The notes: a model not told the origin generated them from the sequence alone. A stretch of DNA of 64,000 bases from an uncultured Alphaproteobacteria bacterium (GCA_963732875.1 CAVTBD010000002.1:482678-546677); one strand, 5' to 3'. Shown: positions 14,601 through 24,237, numbered from the stretch's first letter. Made by a program: numbers and translations.

Positions 14601-16592
14601 ATGGCGCATTCCGGCTCCGAGTCCAATTCCAACACCTCACAGCCTCCGAGTACCGGCGGGCCGAAGCCCGCGCGCGGACGCAACGGACAACGTCCCGGCA
14701 CGCCGCGCACGCTCGGCCCCGTCTCCGACCTCGAGCGGCACCTGCCGCCCGACTGGTGGCGCACCCTGTTCAACGCGGTCTATCTCCAGACCGACGGCGA
14801 CGTGGTCGAGGACAACCGCAACACCGCGCGCGAGATCGACGAAATCCTGAAGGTCGCCGGCATCGAGCCGACCGACCGGGTGCTGGACCTGTGCTGCGGC
14901 CAGGGCCGGCACTCCATGGAGCTCGCCCGGCGCGGCTTCGCCTCGGTCACCGGCATGGACCGCTCGCGCTACCTGATCCGCCTCGCCCGGCGCCGCGCCC
15001 GGCGCGACAACCTCAACGTCACCTTCAAGGAAGGCGACGCCCGCCACGTCCGCCTCGCCGAGTCGAGTTTCGATACTGTGCTGATCCTCGGCAACTCGTT
15101 CGGCTACTTCGAGCGGCCCGAGGACGACGCCGAGGTGCTGTCGGCGATCCGGCGCATCGCGCGCTCGGGCGCCAAGCTGGTGCTCGACCTCACCGACGGC
15201 GACTGGATCAAGTCCCACTTCGAGCCGCGTTCATGGGAATGGATCGACCGCGACCATTTCGTGTGTCGTGAGCGCTCGCTCTCATCCGACGGCTCGCGCC
15301 TGGTGTGCCGCGAGGTGGTGACCGACGCCGAGAAGGGCGTGATCGCCGACCAGTTCTACGCCGAGCGCCTCTACAACCCGGAATCCATCACCAAGCTGCT
15401 GGAAGGCGCGGGCTTCCGCGAGGTACGCATCCACCACGGCGTCGAGACCGAGTCCGAGCGTAACCAGGACCTCGGCATGATGTCGCGGCGCTTCTATGTC
15501 ACCGCGACCGCGCCGGCGCGCGCCCAGCGCGCGAGCCGCGGACCGCTCTACCCCAAGGTCACGGTGCTGATGGGCGACCCGCGCCTGCCCGACGACGTCA
15601 AGCTTGGCGGCCAGTTCAACCCCGAGGACCTCGCCACCGTCGCCAAGCTCAAGGCCGCCCTCGACGAGCTGCCCGGCTACAGCTACGAGTTCATGGACAA
15701 CCACGCCACCCTGATCACGGACCTGCGCAACAAGCGCCCGCAGTTCGTGCTCAACCTGTGCGACGAGGGCTACAACAACGACGCCTTCAAGGAGCTGCAC
15801 GTCCCGGCCCTGCTGGAGGTGCTCGATATCCCCTACTCGGGCGCCGGGCCATCGTGCCTCGGCCTGTGCTACGACAAGTCGCTCGTGCGCGCGATCGCCG
15901 AGGAGCTCGGCATTCCGGTGCCGCTCGAGACCTTCAGCGCCCCCGACGACACGGCCGCCACCATCCCCTCGGTGTTCCCGGCGCTGCTGAAGCCCGCATT
16001 GGGCGACAGCTCCATCGGCATCACCCAGAAATCGGTGGTGACCAACGCCGAGGAGGCGGTGAGCTACCTCAACTACCTGCGCGAGACCTTCCGCGGCCGC
16101 CCGATCCTGGTGCAGGAATACCTCACCGGGCCGGAATTCTCGGTCGGGCTGATCGGCAACCCGGGCCACGACTTCACCGTGCTGCCGGTGCTCGAGGTCG
16201 ACTATTCGAGCCTGCCCGACAACCTGCCCCGGATTCTCTCCTACGAATCCAAGTGGGACCCGGAGAGCCCGTACTGGACCGACATCCGCTACCGGCCCGC
16301 CAAGACCGACGAGGACACGATCCGGCGCATGGTCGACGCCTCTATCACGCTATTCGAACGCCTCGGCTGCCGAGACTACGCCCGCGTCGACTTCCGCGCC
16401 GATGCCAACGGCACGGTCAAGCTCCTGGAGATGAACCCGAACCCGGGCTGGTGCTGGGACGGCAAGTTCAACCTGATGGCGGGCTTCGCCGGCTACTCCT
16501 ACGCCGACGTGCTGCGCATGATTCTGGAGGCGGCGCAGGTGCGCGTCGCCACCGACGAGGCCAAGGCCGGCCAGGCCGCCGCCGCGCAGTAA
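14601..16592 (+). CDS. Fusion of an N-terminal class I SAM-dependent methyltransferase with a C-terminal D-alanine--D-alanine-ligase-like ATP-grasp domain
   Basis: RBS AGGAGGG then ATG 14601; N-terminal half carries VLDLCCGQGRHSMELARRGF...LKPGG-type methyltransferase motifs; C-terminal ~330 aa show a Ddl-like ATP-grasp fold (FVLNLCDEGYNNDA, ILVQEYLTGPEFSVGLIGN, ARVDFR...LLEMNPNPGW). Confidence 0.75.
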   Translation: MAHSGSESNSNTSQPPSTGGPKPARGRNGQRPGTPRTLGPVSDLERHLPPDWWRTLFNAVYLQTDGDVVEDNRNTAREIDEILKVAGIEPTDRVLDLCCGQGRHSMELARRGFASVTGMDRSRYLIRLARRRARRDNLNVTFKEGDARHVRLAESSFDTVLILGNSFGYFERPEDDAEVLSAIRRIARSGAKLVLDLTDGDWIKSHFEPRSWEWIDRDHFVCRERSLSSDGSRLVCREVVTDAEKGVIADQFYAERLYNPESITKLLEGAGFREVRIHHGVETESERNQDLGMMSRRFYVTATAPARAQRASRGPLYPKVTVLMGDPRLPDDVKLGGQFNPEDLATVAKLKAALDELPGYSYEFMDNHATLITDLRNKRPQFVLNLCDEGYNNDAFKELHVPALLEVLDIPYSGAGPSCLGLCYDKSLVRAIAEELGIPVPLETFSAPDDTAATIPSVFPALLKPALGDSSIGITQKSVVTNAEEAVSYLNYLRETFRGRPILVQEYLTGPEFSVGLIGNPGHDFTVLPVLEVDYSSLPDNLPRILSYESKWDPESPYWTDIRYRPAKTDEDTIRRMVDASITLFERLGCRDYARVDFRADANGTVKLLEMNPNPGWCWDGKFNLMAGFAGYSYADVLRMILEAAQVRVATDEAKAGQAAAAQ

Positions 16593-16614
16593 CAGCGGCG
16601 TTAGCATCAACCAA

Positions 16615-16727
16615 ATGCCGTCATGGCCGGGGTCGTGCTCAGCACGCATTCGCATGACACCTGGCCATCCACGCGTTTTTGAAAAGAACGTGGATGCCCC
16701 GGACAAGCCGGGGCATGACGAAAGAAG
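16615..16727. repeat. REP/MITE-like composite palindromic element
   Basis: Degenerate CGTCATGGCCGG arm, then CACGCGTTTTTGAAAAGAACGTGGATG, then GCCCCGGACAAGCCGGGGCATGACG hairpin; related copies at 29979, 50815 and 63499-63925. Confidence 0.7.
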
Positions 16728-16775
16728 AGCGTACTCGGGCTTGACGCCGCGACGCCGCCTTGCTTCCTTGCCACC

Positions 16776-18161
16776 ATGAACAACATTCCTCCCATCCACG
16801 TCATCGGCGGCGGGCTCGCGGGCTCCGAGGCCGCTTGGGCCGCCGCGCGCGCGGGCGTCTCCGTGGTGCTGCACGAGATGCGCCCCGACAAGGGCACCCC
16901 CGCCCACCAGACCGGGAATTTCGCCGAGCTGGTGTGCTCGAACTCGTTGCGTTCCGACGATGCCACCACCAATGCGGTCGGCCTGCTGCACGCCGAGATG
17001 CGCGACCTGGGCTCGATCGTCATGGCCGCCGCCGATACCCATCAGGTGCCGGCGGGCGGCGCGCTCGCCGTCGACCGCGAGGGCTTCGCCCGCGCCGTGA
17101 CCGAGATGATTGCCGCCGAGCCCCTGATCACGGTCGAACGCGGCGAGATCATGGGCCTGCCGCCCGCCGACTGGCACAGCGTCGTGATCGCCACCGGCCC
17201 CCTCACCTCGCCCGCGCTGGCCGAGGCCATCGCTGCGCGCACCGGCGAGGACAGCCTCGCCTTCTTCGATGCCATCGCCCCCATCGTGCACAAGGACTCG
17301 ATCGACTTCTCCCTCGCCTGGATGCAGTCGCGCTACGACAAGGAAGGCCCCGGCGGCGACAAGGCGGCCTACGTCAACTGCCCGTTCGAGAAGGACGAAT
17401 ATTTCGCCTTCATCGACGCGCTCAACGCCGCCGAGAAGACCGAGTTCAAGGAGTGGGAGAAGGACACGCCCTATTTCGAGGGTTGCCTGCCGATCGAGGT
17501 GATGGCGGCACGCGGGCCGCGCACCCTCGCCTTCGGGCCGATGAAGCCGGTCGGCCTCACCGATCCGCGCACCGGGCGGCGGCCCTATGCCGTGGTGCAA
17601 CTGCGTCAGGACAACGCGCTCGGCACGCTCTACAACATGGTCGGGTTCCAGACCAAGCTGAAGCACGGCGAGCAGAGCCGCATCTTCCGCATGATCCCCG
17701 GGCTGCAGGACGCGCGTTTCGCGCGGCTCGGCGGTATCCACCGCAACACGTTCCTGAATTCGCCACGTTTGCTCGACGGTGCGCTGCGCCTCAAGGCCGA
17801 GCCGCGCCTGCGCTTCGCCGGCCAGATCACCGGCGTCGAGGGCTACGTCGAATCGGCCGCCATGGGAATCCTGGCGGGGCGCTTCGCCGCGGCAGAGGCC
17901 ATGGGCGAGACGTTCGCGCCGCCGCCCATCTCCACCTCCATGGGCGCGCTGCTCGCGCACATCACCGGCGGCGCCGATGAAGGCACGTTCCAGCCCATGA
18001 ATGCCAACTTCGGCCTGTTTCCCGACATCGGCCTCTGCGACAAGCGAGGCCGGCCGATCAGGGGCAAGGCGCGGCGCGAAGCCTATGCCGCCCGGGCGCG
18101 TGCCGACTTCCGCGCCTGGCTCGGCGGCGACGGCGCGCCCGCCCGCAACGCCGCCGAATAG
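16776..18161 (+). CDS. trmFO: Methylenetetrahydrofolate--tRNA-(uracil-5-)-methyltransferase
   Basis: [19 protein letters not shown]-binding N-terminus; 461 aa, full-length TrmFO/Gid. Confidence 0.95.
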   Translation: MNNIPPIHVIGGGLAGSEAAWAAARAGVSVVLHEMRPDKGTPAHQTGNFAELVCSNSLRSDDATTNAVGLLHAEMRDLGSIVMAAADTHQVPAGGALAVDREGFARAVTEMIAAEPLITVERGEIMGLPPADWHSVVIATGPLTSPALAEAIAARTGEDSLAFFDAIAPIVHKDSIDFSLAWMQSRYDKEGPGGDKAAYVNCPFEKDEYFAFIDALNAAEKTEFKEWEKDTPYFEGCLPIEVMAARGPRTLAFGPMKPVGLTDPRTGRRPYAVVQLRQDNALGTLYNMVGFQTKLKHGEQSRIFRMIPGLQDARFARLGGIHRNTFLNSPRLLDGALRLKAEPRLRFAGQITGVEGYVESAAMGILAGRFAAAEAMGETFAPPPISTSMGALLAHITGGADEGTFQPMNANFGLFPDIGLCDKRGRPIRGKARREAYAARARADFRAWLGGDGAPARNAAE

Positions 18162-18176
18162 CGAAAGGACGGAGAC

Positions 18177-18602
18177 ATGGAACCGCGCGTCAGCCTGATC
18201 ACCCTCGGCGTAGCCGACCTCGCTCGCGCCGCCGCCTTCTACGATCGGCTCGGCTGGCCGCGCGCGCTGCGCAAGGCGGAAGGCGTGGCGTTCTACCAGG
18301 TGGGCGGCATGGCGCTGGCGCTGTGGCCGCGCACCGAACTGGTGAAGGATTCCACGACTAGCGACGACGGCGGACGGTTCCATGGCATGGCGCTGGCCTA
18401 CAACACGCGCTCGCGCGCGGAGGTGGATGACGTGCTCGCGGAAGCCGAGGCTGCTGGCGGCACCATCGTCAAGCCGGGCCAGCAGACGTTCTGGGGCGGC
18501 TATGCCGGCTACTTCACCGATCCCGACGGGTTCCTGTGGGAGATCGCCCACAACGAAAGCTTCACGATCGCCGCCGACGGCAGGGTTACCCTGCCGGACT
18601 AG
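18177..18602 (+). CDS. VOC (glyoxalase-like) family protein
   Basis: 141 aa single VOC domain (ITLGVADLARAAAFYDRLGW). Confidence 0.7.
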   Translation: MEPRVSLITLGVADLARAAAFYDRLGWPRALRKAEGVAFYQVGGMALALWPRTELVKDSTTSDDGGRFHGMALAYNTRSRAEVDDVLAEAEAAGGTIVKPGQQTFWGGYAGYFTDPDGFLWEIAHNESFTIAADGRVTLPD

Positions 18603-19447
18603 TAACGCCCCGTCGCCATCGCCGCGACCACGTGGAGCGGCCCCGCCAGAGGCGTGAGCTCCAGCCTGCCCCCGAACAGATCGTAACCGGCACCGTCCAT
18701 GCGCCTGAGATAGCCGTCGGCGAAACGCGCCAGCGCCAGCACCGGCAGGGCCGCCTTGGGGATGTCGCGGCGCCGCATCCGCGCCGCAGCGAGGTCCGCC
18801 CGCGCCCGCCGCGCAAGCTCGCGCGCCGCATCCGCGAGGCCAGGCTCGGGCCTGCCCGCGCGGAGCGCCCGCGCCGTGGCGCCATGGGCGTCGAGCAGAT
18901 CGCGCGGCAGCAGCACGTGGCCGCGCGCGGCGTTGGCGGCGACGGCGCGCATCTGCCCGGCGACGGCATAGGCGCGGCCCACCTCCGTCGCCGCCGCATC
19001 GGCCGCCGCGCCATCGATGCCGAGCGCGCGGAGCCCGGCGCGTGCGAGCGCGCCCGCGGTCGCATTGCAATAGGCCAGGAACGCGTCGGTGGTGGCGAAT
19101 CCGTCGGGCGCGAGGTCGGCCTCGCGCGCGTCGATCAGGGCAAGAAGATCGGCCGTGCCGAGCCGCCCCCCGGCAAGTGCCGGGGCCAGCGCTTCGGCCA
19201 CGGGATGGCGCGGTGTCGCGCCCGCTGCAATGCCGTCCACGGTCTCGCGCCACCATTGCAGGCGGATCTGTCCCAGCATCGGCTCCGACACCGTGTCGCG
19301 GGTCTTGGCGACCTCGGCATGGAACGCATGGAGCGCGGCGAGCGTTGCACGTCCGGCGGAGGACGCCAGCTGCGCCGCGAGCCAGCGGTCGCGGTCGAGG
19401 GTGCGGACGATGTCCGCGCATTGGGCTTCGGCGCTGTTCGGGACCAT
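18599..19447 (-). CDS. Squalene/phytoene-synthase-fold protein lacking the Asp-rich catalytic motifs
   Basis: Isoprenoid-synthase class 1 fold (AYCNATAGALARAG, VLLPRDLL), but both DxxxD/DxxED positions are substituted (AKTRDTVSEP, AANAARGH); start at MVPNSAEAQ. Confidence 0.55.
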   Translation of the reverse strand: MVPNSAEAQCADIVRTLDRDRWLAAQLASSAGRATLAALHAFHAEVAKTRDTVSEPMLGQIRLQWWRETVDGIAAGATPRHPVAEALAPALAGGRLGTADLLALIDAREADLAPDGFATTDAFLAYCNATAGALARAGLRALGIDGAAADAAATEVGRAYAVAGQMRAVAANAARGHVLLPRDLLDAHGATARALRAGRPEPGLADAARELARRARADLAAARMRRRDIPKAALPVLALARFADGYLRRMDGAGYDLFGGRLELTPLAGPLHVVAAMATGRY

Positions 19448-19491
19448 GATGCGCCAATATAATCCCCGGCCATGGACATGCCAGAGCCACA

Positions 19492-20373
19492 ATGAGCGCA
19501 CCCGAATCCGCCGACACGACACCGCCCACGCCGCGCAACGGCGCCGCCGAAGCCGAGCCATGGCGCCTGCGCGCGTCGTGGTCGCTTCTGCCGGCGAAGA
19601 CGCGTGAACCACTGGCGGTGCTGTTTCGCTTCATCGCCGCGGTGCGCGCGGTCGCCGACCATCCCGCGCTGTCACCCGAGCGCAAGGAAGCGGCGCTCGC
19701 CGCCCTCGCCGCGCCGTTCTCGCTTGGCACCGAGCCGACCGAGGCCGGCGGCCACTGGGCCGAGCCGGCGCGCGCGCTGGCCGACACGCTTGCCGGGCAC
19801 GGCATCGACGCGCGCCCCGCCTGGCAGATACTGCAGGCGGCGGGACAGGACCTGCGCAAGGCGCGCTACCGCGACTGGTCGGATCTGCTGGTGTGGTGCC
19901 GCTTCGCCGCCGCCCCCGCCGGCCGGCTCGTGTTCAAGCTCGCGGGCGCCGTCGACGACGGCCTCAGGCGCGCCGAGTCCCTCGCCATCGCCCTGCAGTT
20001 GATCGATTGCGTCCGCCGCGCCCAGAGCCATTACCGCTGGCTCAAGCGGGTCTACCTGCCCGAGCGCTGGTTCGCGGAAGCCCGCGGCGCGCCCGACGAC
20101 CTCGGCTTCGCGCGCGTGTCGCCTTCCCTGAGGATCGTGCTCGACCGGGCGCTCGACCAGGCCGCGAGCCTGCTCGACGAGGGTGCGCCCGCGATCGCTA
20201 CGCTCCCGGACTGGCGCGCTCGGGCCGCCGGCCATGCCGCGCTCCTGGAAGCGCACGGCGAAATCCGCGCGCTCCGGCGCATGAATACCTGGAAAACCCC
20301 ATCGTCGCCCTCGGGCTTTGCGCGGCGCATGACGCTGCTGCGCGCCTCGATCGCCGCGCTACGCGCGGGTTAG
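19492..20373 (+). CDS. Second squalene/phytoene-synthase-fold protein lacking the Asp-rich motifs
   Basis: Divergently transcribed from the previous gene across a 44-bp gap; VWCRFAAAPAGRLVFKL...LQLIDCVRRAQSHYRWLKRVYLP with degenerate Asp motifs. Confidence 0.55.
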   Translation: MSAPESADTTPPTPRNGAAEAEPWRLRASWSLLPAKTREPLAVLFRFIAAVRAVADHPALSPERKEAALAALAAPFSLGTEPTEAGGHWAEPARALADTLAGHGIDARPAWQILQAAGQDLRKARYRDWSDLLVWCRFAAAPAGRLVFKLAGAVDDGLRRAESLAIALQLIDCVRRAQSHYRWLKRVYLPERWFAEARGAPDDLGFARVSPSLRIVLDRALDQAASLLDEGAPAIATLPDWRARAAGHAALLEAHGEIRALRRMNTWKTPSSPSGFARRMTLLRASIAALRAG

Positions 20374-20490
20374 CGGCGGTCGCCCCCAATGAAACCCCCA
20401 AGGATGGATTGCGTGCCTAATAATTATGCTATATATAGCGCCTTGGACGCATGTCTATACTAAACCAATGAAACGAAGCGGGGGAGCGAC

Positions 20491-20583
20491 ATGAAAAATC
20501 CTCTAGACAGCCTGCAGAATACGATCCTGCTCGGGATCGCCATCACCATCGTGATGGCTCTCATCGTCAAATATTCCTACTAG
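20491..20583 (+). CDS. 30-aa single-transmembrane small peptide
   Basis: RBS GGGGGAG 4 nt upstream of ATG; MKNPLDSLQNTILLGIAITIVMALIVKYSY; 20 nt upstream of the next gene; AT-rich promoter-like DNA at 20420-20480. Confidence 0.5.
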   Translation: MKNPLDSLQNTILLGIAITIVMALIVKYSY

Positions 20584-20603
20584 CCGGAGAGGGGGGACAA
20601 CCA

Positions 20604-21113
20604 ATGGGATTTATGCTGGATCCTTATGCGATCTTTCTGGTCCGCTGGTTCCACATCCTCAGCGGTGTGATGTGGATCGGCCTGCTGTGGTACTTCAACT
20701 TCGTCCAGACGCCGGGGATGCCGAAGATTCCCGATGAACAGAAGCCGGCCATCACCAAGGTCATCGCGCCGAGCGCGCTGTTCTGGTTCCGCTGGGCCGC
20801 GCTCTCGACCATCGTCTGGGGCCTGGTGCAGTCGTGGCAGCTCGGCTTCATCAAGGGCGCACTGAGCCTCGGCACCATGAGCCACTCGCCCAAGGACATG
20901 ATGATCGGCTTCGGCATGTGGATGGGCCTGATCATGGCCTTCAACGTGTGGTTCATCATCTGGCCGGCACAGCAGAAGGTACTCGGCATGGTGCCCTGCA
21001 CGCCCGAGGAGAAGCCGAAGGCGGCACGCCGCGCGGCGCTGGCCTCGCGCGCCAACACCATGCTGTCGGTGCCGATGCTGTACGCCATGGTGGCCGGCCC
21101 GCACCTGATGTAG
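20604..21113 (+). CDS. Four-TM membrane protein of the HemJ/CopD-like (UPF0093-type) family
   Basis: TM1 motif FHILSGVMWIGLLWYFNF with a conserved His; 169 aa; RBS GAGGGGGG. Confidence 0.45.
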   Translation: MGFMLDPYAIFLVRWFHILSGVMWIGLLWYFNFVQTPGMPKIPDEQKPAITKVIAPSALFWFRWAALSTIVWGLVQSWQLGFIKGALSLGTMSHSPKDMMIGFGMWMGLIMAFNVWFIIWPAQQKVLGMVPCTPEEKPKAARRAALASRANTMLSVPMLYAMVAGPHLM

Positions 21114-21126
21114 CCTGCGTCACAGT

Positions 21127-21175
21127 CGTTTGTTCGACGCGGGGCGCCCCCGGTTCGGCCGGGCGGCGCCCCGTT
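21127..21175. terminator. Bidirectional rho-independent terminator between convergent genes
   Basis: GGGGCGCCCCCGGTTCGGCCGGGCGGCGCCCC hairpin followed by GTTTCGTTTCT. Confidence 0.5.
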
Positions 21176-21196
21176 TCGTTTCTGCTGGAGGGGAAA

Positions 21197-21574
21197 TCAG
21201 GCGATCGGGATCAGGAGCGCGGCGACCCGCCGCCCCTCGCCCACCAGCAGGTTGAAGGTACGGCACGCGGCGCCGGTGCCCATCACCTCGACGCCGATAC
21301 CCGCCGCCGCGAGCGCGGCCCGGACCGGCGCGGCGAGCACCTGCGGCCCCGCGCCGGCACCGATCAGCAGCAGCTCCGGCAGCGGATCGAGCGCCGTGAT
21401 GCGCGCCGCCTGGGCAACACCAATTTCCTCGATGGTGAGAATATCGAGCGCCGACGCGCTGTCGCCGGCGACCAGAACCGCACCCTCGATGCGCTGGCCG
21501 GCGACGCGGAAGCCGCCCTCGCCGTAGCCCTGGATCAGCGCCGGGCCGCCGGCAGGCATGCGGATGAGTTCCAT
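21197..21574 (-). CDS. Mth938-like (DUF498) domain protein
   Basis: 125 aa from MELIRMP; RBS AAGGAG; conserved position downstream of secF in alphaproteobacteria. Confidence 0.65.
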   Translation of the reverse strand: MELIRMPAGGPALIQGYGEGGFRVAGQRIEGAVLVAGDSASALDILTIEEIGVAQAARITALDPLPELLLIGAGAGPQVLAAPVRAALAAAGIGVEVMGTGAACRTFNLLVGEGRRVAALLIPIA

Positions 21575-21660
21575 GATGGACTCCTTTCCGTCTGTCCGGT
21601 CCGTTTGGTCCGGCCCGTTCGTTCGGACGTATCTTCGGAGGGCGGTCGGGCCGCCGGGAC

Positions 21661-22617
21661 TCAGCCAGACTTGCCCTTGCCGGCCTCGGCCGCGCCGCCC
21701 ACGTTGCCGCCCGAGATGCGCTCGCGGATGCCGAAGTAGATCACCACCGACGAGGCGACATAGACGGTCGAATAAGTACCGATCAGGATGCCGAAGATCA
21801 TGGCGAAGCTGAACCCGCGCAGCACCTCGCCGCCGAAGGCGAACACCGCGGTGACGGCGAGCAGCGTGGTCATGGAGGTCATGATGGTCCGCGCGAGCGT
21901 CTCGTTGATCGAAAGGTTGATCAGCTCCTTGACGTCCATCGACTTGTACTTGCGCAGGTTCTCTCGAATGCGGTCGAAGATCACCACCGTGTCGTTGATC
22001 GAATAGCCGGCGATGGTCAGCACCGCCGCGACCGAGGACAGGTTGAACTCGAGCCCGAGGATCGAGAATATCCCGAACGTGCCGATCACGTCGTGGGTCA
22101 GCGCGACGATCGCGCCTATGGCGAACTGCCATTCGAACCGGAACCAGACGTAGGCCGCGATCGCCAGTACCGACGCCACGACGGCGATGACGCCACCCTC
22201 GATCAGCTCTCGGCCGACCTTGGGCCCGACGAACTCGGTGCGGCGATAGCTCTCGACAGTGTCGCCGAGGACGCCCTTGACCCTGTCGACCGCGACTTCC
22301 TGGGCCTTCTCGTCGCCCGCCTGGCGCTCGAGGCGGATCAGCACGTCATCGGGTGCGCCGAATCCCTGCAGCGAAACCTCGCCGACGCCGAGGCTGTCGA
22401 GCCTTGTGCGCATGCTATTGAGATCGGCCGGCCCCTTGGTCTTGACCTCCATCAGGATGCCGCCCTTGAAGTCGATGCCGAAGTTGAGGCCCTTGAAGCC
22501 GACGAAGCTGAGCGACACCACGATGTAGATCAGCGTGATCGCGAACGCGATCATGCGCACGCCGACGAAGTCGATCTTGGTGTTGTCAGGAACCAGCTTG
22601 ATGGGGAGCAACGCCAT
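21661..22617 (-). CDS. secF: Protein translocase subunit SecF
   Basis: 318 aa, SecF TM architecture, adjacent to secD. Confidence 0.93.
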   Translation of the reverse strand: MALLPIKLVPDNTKIDFVGVRMIAFAITLIYIVVSLSFVGFKGLNFGIDFKGGILMEVKTKGPADLNSMRTRLDSLGVGEVSLQGFGAPDDVLIRLERQAGDEKAQEVAVDRVKGVLGDTVESYRRTEFVGPKVGRELIEGGVIAVVASVLAIAAYVWFRFEWQFAIGAIVALTHDVIGTFGIFSILGLEFNLSSVAAVLTIAGYSINDTVVIFDRIRENLRKYKSMDVKELINLSINETLARTIMTSMTTLLAVTAVFAFGGEVLRGFSFAMIFGILIGTYSTVYVASSVVIYFGIRERISGGNVGGAAEAGKGKSG

Positions 22618-22635
22618 GTCGAATCCTTCCCGGGC

Positions 22636-24237
22636 CTAGACCGGCAATACCTTGGGACGCCGCCACGCGACATAGAGCGCGATCAGGAAGCGCGTCCCCA
22701 TGATGGCGGTGAACATCGAAGTCAGCAGGCCGATGGACAGCGTGACCGCGAAGCCCCGTACCGGCCCCGCGCCGAACTCGTAGAGCAGCACCGCCGAGAT
22801 GAAAGTGGTGAGGTTCGAGTCGAGAATGGTGGTGAAGGCGCGCTGGAAGCCGGCCTCGATGGCCGAGAGCATCGTGCGCCCGGAGCGGATCTCCTCGCGG
22901 ATGCGCTCGTAGATCAGCACGTTGGCGTCGACCGCCATGCCGATGGTCAGCACGATGCCGGCGATGCCGGGCAGCGTCAGGGTCGCCTGCAGCACCGACA
23001 TGCCGCCCACCAGCAGCACCAGGTTGAGCAGCAGGGCGACGTTGGCGATCATGCCGAAGGTCGAATAGCCCAGCACCATGAACACCACCACCAGGATCAG
23101 GCCGATCAGGCAGGCGACCTCGCCCGAAGCGATCGAGTCGGCGCCGAGGTCGGGGCCGACCGTGCGCTGCTCGAGGACCTTCATGGAGGCCGGCAGCGCG
23201 CCCGCGCGCAACAGCACGGCGAGGTCCTTGGCTTCCTCAGTGGTGAAGCCGCCCGAGATGATGCCCGAGCCGCCGAGGATCGGCTCGCGGATCACCGGCG
23301 CGCTGATGATCTTGCCGTCGAGCACGATGGCGAACGGCTTGCCGACGTTGGCCTGGGTCACCTGGGCGAACTTGCGAGCACCGATGGAATCGAAGCGAAA
23401 GCTCACCACCGGACGGCCCTGCTCGTAGGTCGGCTGGGCATCCACCAGCATGTCGCCGGTCACCACCGCGCGCCGGTTGAGCGCGTAGACCAGGGGCTTG
23501 CCGCCGGTGGTGCGCTCGTTCTGGAGCTCGGCATAGAAGTCGCCCGGCGGCGGCACCGACGGCATCGCCCCGCCCGGCGGGTAGCGCTCGTCCACCAGAT
23601 GGAAGGTCATCTTGGCGGTCTTGCCGATGAGCTGGATGACGCGGCTGGGGTCGCCCACGCCGGGCAGCTGCACCAGAATGCGGTCCTCGCCCTGGCGCTG
23701 GATGCTGGGCTCGGTGGTGCCGAACTCGTCGACGCGGCGGCGTACGATCTCGATCGACTGGCTGATGATCTCGGTCTCGCGATCGCGCCGGGCCGATTCG
23801 CTGTACTGGACGTCGAGCTTCCCGTTGTCGCCCGTGACCACGTTGAGGCCGGGCTCGAGGCCGCGCAGGATGCGGCGCGCGCGGTCGAGGTTGCTGTCCC
23901 CGCCGGACGCGACCTTGTCGGGGTCGATGACGGTGACGGTCGTCGCCTCCCCGACCACGCCCAGGTTGCGATAGGGAATCCGCTCTTTCCGGAACTCGCT
24001 GCGGATCGACTGCACCAGGTTGGTCAGGCGCTCGCGGAACGCGGTCTTGACGTCGACCTCGAACAGGAGGTGCGAGCCGCCGCGCAGGTCGAGGCCCAGG
24101 TTCATGGCCTGCTTGGGCAGGAAGCCCGGCAGCGCCGCCCGCTGGCTCTTGGAAAGCATGTTAGGCAGCGCGAAGGCGAGGCCCAGCGTGCATACCAGCG
24201 CGATCACGACGATCTTCCAGGTGGGGAAACGGAGCAT
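22636..24237 (-). CDS. secD: Protein translocase subunit SecD
   Basis: 533 aa, SecD periplasmic domain plus 6 TM. Confidence 0.93.
   Translation of the reverse strand: MLRFPTWKIVVIALVCTLGLAFALPNMLSKSQRAALPGFLPKQAMNLGLDLRGGSHLLFEVDVKTAFRERLTNLVQSIRSEFRKERIPYRNLGVVGEATTVTVIDPDKVASGGDSNLDRARRILRGLEPGLNVVTGDNGKLDVQYSESARRDRETEIISQSIEIVRRRVDEFGTTEPSIQRQGEDRILVQLPGVGDPSRVIQLIGKTAKMTFHLVDERYPPGGAMPSVPPPGDFYAELQNERTTGGKPLVYALNRRAVVTGDMLVDAQPTYEQGRPVVSFRFDSIGARKFAQVTQANVGKPFAIVLDGKIISAPVIREPILGGSGIISGGFTTEEAKDLAVLLRAGALPASMKVLEQRTVGPDLGADSIASGEVACLIGLILVVVFMVLGYSTFGMIANVALLLNLVLLVGGMSVLQATLTLPGIAGIVLTIGMAVDANVLIYERIREEIRSGRTMLSAIEAGFQRAFTTILDSNLTTFISAVLLYEFGAGPVRGFAVTLSIGLLTSMFTAIMGTRFLIALYVAWRRPKVLPV

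Noticed and set aside
16350-19859. 1169-aa ORF on the minus strand spanning trmFO, the VOC gene and the synthase-like genes
   Set aside because: It runs antisense to well-supported genes and has a low-complexity Arg/Ala/Gly-rich translation, as expected for stop-poor frames in high-GC DNA. It is an artefact of the six-frame scan.
19042-20420. Several 130-190-aa ORFs in the 19-20.4 kb region (e.g. 19089-19607, 19893-20420)
   Set aside because: They overlap the two synthase-fold genes in other frames or strands and have Arg/Pro/Ala-rich translations typical of GC-rich out-of-frame reads.
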